From Desulfobulbus propionicus DSM 2032 (lineage in GTDB: Bacteria > Desulfobacterota > Desulfobulbia > Desulfobulbales > Desulfobulbaceae), in NCBI RefSeq assembly GCF_000186885.1, contig NC_014972.1, positions 690,001 through 722,000 on the forward strand: a DNA stretch of 32,000 nt. The letters are read 5' to 3'. Within the stretch, counting starts at the first letter, position 1; every line of letters starts with the position of its first letter. Both the position numbers and the translations under genes were made by a program. Shown piece by piece: positions 26,122-32,000 of the stretch. The notes beneath the pieces are model-generated. The model worked only from the letters and a program-made list of their open reading frames with translations. It was not told the DNA's origin and did no database searches.

Positions 26122-27057
26122 ATGGCCAGATGCACGCAAGGTTGGTTGCTGCGCGGTTTCGGGTATCTGCTCTACGTGCTGCTGGCCGCGGCGTTGCTGC
26201 TGTGGCTGCTCTTCCCCCGGGAAGCCATCCAGCGGCTGTTGGCGGGATACCTGAACAGCTCTTCTCCCACCCTCCAGTGGCGGGTGGGGTCCGTGACCCT
26301 GCACGCGCCCCTGCGTCTGACGATGGAGGCGATCGAGGGATACGGCAAGGAAGGGGAGAGGACGCCCCTGATCCGCGTCGATTCACTGGTCCTGTGGCCG
26401 GAGTGGATGGCTTCGCTCACAGCGCGAGCGCCACGGCTCGGGTACGGAATGCGGATCGGCAAGGGCAGGGTGGACGGTTCCATCCGCGCGGATGGCGGTC
26501 TGGAGCAGCTTGTCTTGCAAGGAACGGTCCGCGAGCTGCAATTGGCCGATTGGCCGTTGCTGGCGCTCCGGCTGGGTCGGGACGTGAAGGGGATGCTGGG
26601 GGCATCGTTTACCGGCACGGTTGCTGCGAACACAGGGCAAATCGGCCAAGTGGAGGCGCGGGTGCGGATCGAAAACGGGCAGATGGCATTGAAACGACCG
26701 ATTCTCTCCCATGGGGTGCTGCCCTTCTCGGCTCTGTCCATGACCGTGCGCGGCGACGGGGCTCGGGTGCATGTCCAGGAGGGAACGGCGGAGTCGGGAT
26801 TGTTTCGATGCCGCTTTTCGGGGACGCTCGAGCTGAACGAGGACCTCGCCGCCGCCCAGCTGGCCATCCGGGGCAGCTTGCAGCCGGAGGCCGGGTTTTT
26901 TAAAGGGGTGAAGAGCGGCATTGCGCTCCAGGCCTTTCGCGCCAAGCTCCAGGACGCCCCCCTGCCGTTTCGGCTTTCCGGCGAGCTGGCCGATCCGGGT
27001 ATCCATTTCGAGGAGTTTTCCCTGCTGGTTCAAACCCTGGAAAAGGAGTTGCGATAA
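26122..27057 (+). CDS. gspN: GspN-like protein
   Basis: 311 aa. N-terminal TM segment (FGYLLYVLLAAALLLWLLF) and a periplasmic beta-rich body. The call rests mainly on position and architecture. TTG 26119 is an alternative start. Confidence 0.5.
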   Translation: MARCTQGWLLRGFGYLLYVLLAAALLLWLLFPREAIQRLLAGYLNSSSPTLQWRVGSVTLHAPLRLTMEAIEGYGKEGERTPLIRVDSLVLWPEWMASLTARAPRLGYGMRIGKGRVDGSIRADGGLEQLVLQGTVRELQLADWPLLALRLGRDVKGMLGASFTGTVAANTGQIGQVEARVRIENGQMALKRPILSHGVLPFSALSMTVRGDGARVHVQEGTAESGLFRCRFSGTLELNEDLAAAQLAIRGSLQPEAGFFKGVKSGIALQAFRAKLQDAPLPFRLSGELADPGIHFEEFSLLVQTLEKELR

Positions 27058-27061
27058 CGCC

Positions 27062-27871
27062 GTGGTTTCCATTCTTGTGCGGTTGGTGCTCATTACCTTG
27101 CTTGTCTATGCCGCGGTCCAGTACTGGTACGGACGGGTGGAAAAGCGCCTAGAAGACAGCATGCCTCCGGAAAAGAAGGTGGTTGCCGCCGCTCCTGTCG
27201 AGCCGCAGGAGGCGCAACAGGAGACGGCAACGGCCGACAACGATCATCAGGTTATCGTGAGCAGAAATATTTTCAAGGCCGCGCTGGATACCGGCGAGGA
27301 CCTCGAAGGCGATCAGGAGCAGGCCGAGCTGGAAGGGCTGGCGGAAACCAAGCTCCAGTTGGCGCTCCTGGGCACGGTGACCGGCGGCAAGGACGATGCC
27401 CGAGCCATTATCCGCGATGAAAAAACACAGCTGGAAGACCTCTACCAGGTGGGCAGTCAGCTGCAAGGGGCGGAGATTGTCCGGATCACCAGAGGCAAGG
27501 TGGTACTCCAGGTTCGAGGCCGGGAGGAGGTCCTGACCATCAAGGATCCCGGAAGTGATGACGGGGGCGGCGGTGGCGGGCGCGACGCGATTCCCGGCGC
27601 GGAGATGACGCCGCCGACACCGGCCATGGAGGCACCCCCACCCGACACCATGGAGCAACGGGTGCCGGAAGCCATGCCGCGCAGGCGCATCAGCTTCCGC
27701 AATCCCGCTCCAGTGCCGCCGGCGGCCAAGAATGAGGACAACGGTGTGCCCGGTGAGGAACAGCCCGATGCGCTTCCGGCCGACAGCGAGGAGCAGCTCC
27801 TGCCCGATGACGAGCGACCGGGAGGGGAACCTCAGGAAACGGAACCCGAGACCGAACAGCCGGCCAGGTGA
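27062..27871 (+). CDS. gspC: GspC-like protein (HR domain present, no PDZ, acidic/Pro-rich tail)
   Basis: N-terminal TM segment (ILVRLVLITLLVYAAV). HR-like segment LQLALLGTVTGGKDDARAIIRDEKTQLEDLYQVGSQLQGAEIVRITRGKVVL. The GTG 27062 start is uncertain. Confidence 0.5.
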   Translation: MVSILVRLVLITLLVYAAVQYWYGRVEKRLEDSMPPEKKVVAAAPVEPQEAQQETATADNDHQVIVSRNIFKAALDTGEDLEGDQEQAELEGLAETKLQLALLGTVTGGKDDARAIIRDEKTQLEDLYQVGSQLQGAEIVRITRGKVVLQVRGREEVLTIKDPGSDDGGGGGGRDAIPGAEMTPPTPAMEAPPPDTMEQRVPEAMPRRRISFRNPAPVPPAAKNEDNGVPGEEQPDALPADSEEQLLPDDERPGGEPQETEPETEQPAR

Positions 27872-27956
27872 CGGGGCAATGGCTGGATCAGGCCGAAGCC
27901 GGAAGGGAACGACCAACAGCGGTATGGATACCACCAGCCGCTCTACCGCTATGTGA

Positions 27957-30215
27957 ATGCTTATGAGAACCTCCATTGTTGCCCGCAACGTCATTCCCGT
28001 GCTTGTTCTGCTGCTCGTGTTGCTGGTCATCGAGCCACTCGGCGCCGCCAGTCCGAAAGCCGTCCAGCAAAGCGGCGGCGCGCAGCGCTTTGTCACCATC
28101 GATTTCAACGATGTCGACATCAATCTGTTCATTAAATATATCAGCGAGCTGACGCAGAAAAACTTCATCGTTGACCGGGAAGTGAAGGGCAAGGTGACCA
28201 TCATCTCTCCCACCCGGATTTCCGAGGAGGATGCCTACCGGGTGTTCGAATCGGTGCTCGAGGTCCATGGCTTTGCCGCGGTGCCGAGCGGCTCGGTGAT
28301 CAAGATCGTGCCTTCGGTGCAGGCGCGTTCAAAGAATATCGCCACGGTGCGCGAGGGCGAGTTGTCCGCGGGCGAGGACAAGGTGGTCACCCAGATCATT
28401 TCCCTCAAATACGTCAACGCCGAGGAAGTGAAGAATCTGCTCACGCCCCTGATGTCGAAGACCAGCGTGCTGATCGCCCATGCCCATTCGGGGCTGATCA
28501 TCCTCACCGATTTCTATTCGAACATCGCCCGCCTGCTGGACATCATCCGGGCTGTCGACGTGCCCTCGGACAGCGAGGAAATGCTCATCATTCCCCTGCG
28601 CCACGCCTCGGCGGAAAGCGTGTCCAAGGCGGTCGGCCAGTTGTTTGCCGCTGGTCCGGCGCAGAAAGGGATGCGGCAGGAGCAGGTGCGGATCATTCCC
28701 TTTGAACGGAACAACGCCCTGATCGTCTTTGCCTCCAAGACCTCGGCGCAGCGGATCCGCAACCTGGTGGCCCGGCTCGACGAGGACGTGCCCCGCCAGG
28801 AGGGCAATCTGCGGGTGATCTACCTCCAGCACGCCAATGCTGAGGAACTGGTCAAGGTGCTGATGAATCTGCCGGACGACAAATCGGGGAGCAGAAGCAC
28901 CGAGACGGGCGGCGGCAAGGCCAGCAGCGCCCCGTCGGCGCCGGCTATTTCCAAGGAGGTCAAGGTGGTGGCCGACAAGGAAACCAATGCCCTGATCATC
29001 ACCGGTCCCCGCGAGGAATACGAGGTGGTGGAAGGGGTGATCAAGAAGCTCGATATTCCCCGGCGGATGGTCTATCTGGAAGCCCTGATCATGGAGGTGA
29101 AGGTGAGCAAGGATTTCAGCATCGGCGTGCAGTGGGCCAATGCCGACGGTTCCGTGGTCGGCGGGTTCAGCGGCAATGCCTCGTCGCCCTACAACATGCT
29201 GAAGCAGATGACCACCAGTCCCGGTTCCCTGCCGGCGGGGTTCACCCTGGGCGTCCTCGAGGAAGGCATCAAGATCGGCGATGTGGTCTTTCCCAATCTC
29301 GGGGCGGTGGTCAACGCCTACAAGAGCGATGACGATGTCAATGTGATCGCCACCCCTCAGATTCTGACCACCGACAACAAGAAGGCCTCGATCAAGGTTG
29401 GCGAGAATGTTCCCTACATCACCAGTAAAAACACCACCGATGCCGAGCAGGATTATACCAACTACGAATACAAGGATGTGGCCACCAGTCTGACCATCAC
29501 CCCCCAGGTCAATCAGGCGGAGGTGGTGCGGCTGGAAATCGGGGTCGAGGTGATCAAGCTCAAGAACACGGAGGCCACCGACACCCCCTCCACCTTCACG
29601 CGAACAGCGGAGACCACGGTGGTGGTCCACAATGAACAGACGGTGGTTATCGGCGGCATGATCGGTCAGGACACCACCAGCGGCGAATACAAGGTGCCCG
29701 TGCTCGGCGACATCCCGGTGTTGGGCTGGATGTTCAAATCGCGCAGCAACAGCCAGGAGAAAACCAATCTCTACATTTTCATCACCCCCCATATCGTCGA
29801 AAATCCCGCCGAGATTGCCGATCTCTATCAGAAGAAGCGGGCGACGATGGAAGCGGTGCACAAACAGCCCGGCGATATCGCCGACCAATTTTTCCATCCC
29901 ACCTCCGACCCGGCGCAGAGCGTGGCCCTGTCGGACATCGGATTCGCCAAACTGCAACAGAATGAACTGCTGCGGGCACGGGAGTATTTCACCCAGGCCT
30001 TGAAGGTCGATGCGAACAACGGCGCGGCCCTGTTCAATCTGGCGGTGGTATGCGAGCGGGAGGGGAAAATGGCCGAGGCCGAGTCCCTCTACCGCAAGGT
30101 GCTGGCCCTGCCGCCTCCTCCCGGAGAACAGGCCCAATCCGCGGGGGAAGACCCGTTGAAGGCGGCGGCCAAGACGGCGCTCAAACGTCTACAATCTGGG
30201 GGCAAGGGAATCTGA
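27957..30215 (+). CDS. gspD: Secretin GspD with a C-terminal TPR-like extension
   Basis: 752 aa. Signal peptide, N0-type opening (FVTIDFNDVDINLFIKYISELTQKNFIV), a secretin core (VPVLGDIPVLGWMFKS...LYIFITPHIV), then a TPR-like tail (REYFTQALKVDANNGAALFNLAVVCEREGKMAEAESLYRKVL). Confidence 0.9.
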   Translation: MLMRTSIVARNVIPVLVLLLVLLVIEPLGAASPKAVQQSGGAQRFVTIDFNDVDINLFIKYISELTQKNFIVDREVKGKVTIISPTRISEEDAYRVFESVLEVHGFAAVPSGSVIKIVPSVQARSKNIATVREGELSAGEDKVVTQIISLKYVNAEEVKNLLTPLMSKTSVLIAHAHSGLIILTDFYSNIARLLDIIRAVDVPSDSEEMLIIPLRHASAESVSKAVGQLFAAGPAQKGMRQEQVRIIPFERNNALIVFASKTSAQRIRNLVARLDEDVPRQEGNLRVIYLQHANAEELVKVLMNLPDDKSGSRSTETGGGKASSAPSAPAISKEVKVVADKETNALIITGPREEYEVVEGVIKKLDIPRRMVYLEALIMEVKVSKDFSIGVQWANADGSVVGGFSGNASSPYNMLKQMTTSPGSLPAGFTLGVLEEGIKIGDVVFPNLGAVVNAYKSDDDVNVIATPQILTTDNKKASIKVGENVPYITSKNTTDAEQDYTNYEYKDVATSLTITPQVNQAEVVRLEIGVEVIKLKNTEATDTPSTFTRTAETTVVVHNEQTVVIGGMIGQDTTSGEYKVPVLGDIPVLGWMFKSRSNSQEKTNLYIFITPHIVENPAEIADLYQKKRATMEAVHKQPGDIADQFFHPTSDPAQSVALSDIGFAKLQQNELLRAREYFTQALKVDANNGAALFNLAVVCEREGKMAEAESLYRKVLALPPPPGEQAQSAGEDPLKAAAKTALKRLQSGGKGI

Positions 30216-30274
30216 GGTTCAAGAGGGGAGCGTGACGATGCGCACACACGATTCGGGCAGGAGAGGTGCCGACC

Positions 30275-31966
30275 ATGCGTCTCCTCGGTGAAATCCTTCA
30301 GGAAACCTTCGGGGTGACGGCGGAAAGCATCGAGGCGGCCTTGGCGGTGCAGCGGGAAAAGGGGGGCCGCATCGGTGAGCTCCTCATCGGCCTGCGCAAG
30401 ATCACCGAGGACGACCTGCTCAGCGCCCGCAGCCTGCAATGCGGCCTGGAGGTGGTCTACACCCTGCCCGCTGACCCCGACCCCTTTTTCGTTCAACGGG
30501 TACCCATCGGTTTTTTGAAAAAATTCAAGATGATCCCGGTAGCCACCCCTGAGGCATCGTACATCGCCCTGGCCGAACCGTTTTATTTCCAACAGGTCGA
30601 CGACCTGCAGCGGCTGCTGCAATGGGAGGGCATGCGGACCGTGCTGGCGCCGATGAACGAAATCTTCGTCGCCATCAACGCCGCCTACGACACCGCCCGT
30701 CAAGACGTGGCTGACCGGGTGATGCAGGACATGGACGAGAGCGACCCGGAGTCCATTCTTTCCGAGATCGAGGAAACCGCCGACCTGCTCGACGACACCA
30801 GCGACGCCCCGGTGATCAAGCTGGTCAACCTGGTCCTTTCCCAGGCGGTGCGCGATAACGCCAGCGATATCCATATCGAATCGTACAAGGACCGGGTCAA
30901 GATCCGCAAACGGGTCGACGGTATCCTCTATGACATGTACTCGCCGCCTCGTCATGTGCAGAGCAAGCTGATTTCCCGCATCAAGATCATGGCCAAGATG
31001 GATATCGCCGAAAAACGGCTGCCGCAGGACGGGCGGATCGAGATCCGCATCGCCGACCGGAATATCGATATCCGGGTTTCAACCTTGCCGACTTCTTTTG
31101 GTGAACGGGTGGTGATGCGACTGCTCGACAAATCGAGCTCGCTGGTGCCGCTGGAGGAGCTGGGTCTGTCAAAAGAGGATCTCAACCATTTTCTGCGGCT
31201 GATCAAGGCCCCGCACGGCATCATCCTGGTGACCGGCCCCACCGGCAGCGGCAAGACCACCACCCTCTACTCCGCCCTGGGCATCCTCAACAGCCCGGAC
31301 ATCAACATCATCACCGTCGAGGATCCGATCGAGTACCAGATGAACGGCATCAGCCAGATGCAGGTCAACACCAAGATCGGACTGACCTTTGCCAGCGGCT
31401 TGCGCACCATTGTCCGCCAGGACCCGGATGTGATCCTGGTGGGCGAGATCCGCGATATCGAGACCGCCGAGATCGCCATTCAATCAGCCCTCACCGGCCA
31501 CTTGGTGTTTTCCACCCTGCACACCAACGACGCGGCCAGCGCCATCACCCGGCTGATCGACATGGGGGTGGAGCCGTTCCTGGTCTCCTCGGCGGTCAAT
31601 GCCATCATGGCTCAGCGGCTGGTGCGTAAGATCTGCCCCTACTGCCGGGAAGAATATGTCCCGTCCAACGCCTACTTGGAGCGGGTCGGGCTGTCGCCGA
31701 TCAAGTTCGCGGGGAAAAAGCTCTATCGGGGAGCCGGTTGCGCCCAATGCCTGCAAACCGGCTACAAGGGAAGGATCGGAATTTTTGAGCTGATGAGCCT
31801 GACCCCGGCGATGAAAAGCCTGATCCTCACCACCTCGGACGCAGGGCAGATCAAAAAGCAGGCGCTCAGCTCCTTGGCGACCGGCATGATGACCCTGCGG
31901 CAGGATGGCCTGCGCAAGGTGCTGGCCGGGCTGACCACCTTGGAGGAGGTCTTCCGCGTCACCTGA
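30275..31966 (+). CDS. gspE: Type II secretion ATPase GspE
   Basis: Start at ATG 30275 (AGGAGA lies 10 nt upstream). Walker A GPTGSGKTT, Walker B VILVGEIRD, His box GHLVFSTLHTND, tetracysteine CPYC...CAQC, N-terminal T2SSE_N region. Confidence 0.9.
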   Translation: MRLLGEILQETFGVTAESIEAALAVQREKGGRIGELLIGLRKITEDDLLSARSLQCGLEVVYTLPADPDPFFVQRVPIGFLKKFKMIPVATPEASYIALAEPFYFQQVDDLQRLLQWEGMRTVLAPMNEIFVAINAAYDTARQDVADRVMQDMDESDPESILSEIEETADLLDDTSDAPVIKLVNLVLSQAVRDNASDIHIESYKDRVKIRKRVDGILYDMYSPPRHVQSKLISRIKIMAKMDIAEKRLPQDGRIEIRIADRNIDIRVSTLPTSFGERVVMRLLDKSSSLVPLEELGLSKEDLNHFLRLIKAPHGIILVTGPTGSGKTTTLYSALGILNSPDINIITVEDPIEYQMNGISQMQVNTKIGLTFASGLRTIVRQDPDVILVGEIRDIETAEIAIQSALTGHLVFSTLHTNDAASAITRLIDMGVEPFLVSSAVNAIMAQRLVRKICPYCREEYVPSNAYLERVGLSPIKFAGKKLYRGAGCAQCLQTGYKGRIGIFELMSLTPAMKSLILTTSDAGQIKKQALSSLATGMMTLRQDGLRKVLAGLTTLEEVFRVT

Positions 31967-32000
31967 TCAGCTGGTTCATTTCGAAGATGGGCAGGAGGAT
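31967..32000 (-). CDS. 3' end of a convergent GspF/PilC-family platform protein gene (partial, continues past the window)
   Basis: Reverse-strand translation reads ..LLPIFEMNQL-stop, resembling the conserved LP(I/L)(F/L)-type C-terminal tail of GspF/PilC proteins. Only 11 codons are visible. Confidence 0.4.

Overview
High-GC bacterial chromosomal window. A Desulfobacterota/deltaproteobacterial origin is suggested only by gene content (delta-60-type repeat protein, GspN-containing T2SS), which is inference. There are three blocks. (1) 1-8.8 kb, housekeeping: 5'-truncated dnaA-family gene, convergent HemY-family FAD oxidase, htpG, a BamE-like lipoprotein translationally coupled to pcm, an orphan GspE/PilB-family ATPase, smpB and a canonical one-piece tmRNA (ssrA, tag ADDYNYALAA). 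(2) 8.8-17.3 kb, accessory region directly downstream of ssrA: a visibly AT-rich segment with an orphan Cys-containing small gene, a DUF429-type RNase H-fold protein, a REP-associated tyrosine transposase (RAYT), nine copies of its putative cognate REP hairpin all within 4.3 kb, and a Type I (EcoAI/EcoEI-like, family IB) R-M operon hsdR-hsdM-hsdS. REPs sit between hsdR and hsdM, and a decayed duplicate of the hsdS 3' end follows the operon. No integrase is visible. (3) 17.3-32 kb: a crotonase, then a secreted six-repeat (delta-60-like) beta-propeller protein with a CFIATA-box C-terminal membrane-anchor domain, immediately followed by a co-directional T2SS-like operon in the non-canonical order gspG-H-I-J-K-L-M-N-C-D-E. 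A GspF/PilC-like gene tail runs convergently at the window edge. I see no unambiguous new system. The best candidates for follow-up are the REP/RAYT-colonised R-M island with the DUF429 and small Cys protein genes, and the propeller/CFI-box protein coupled to the rearranged T2SS. Most other long ORFs in the track are antisense artefacts of high GC content.
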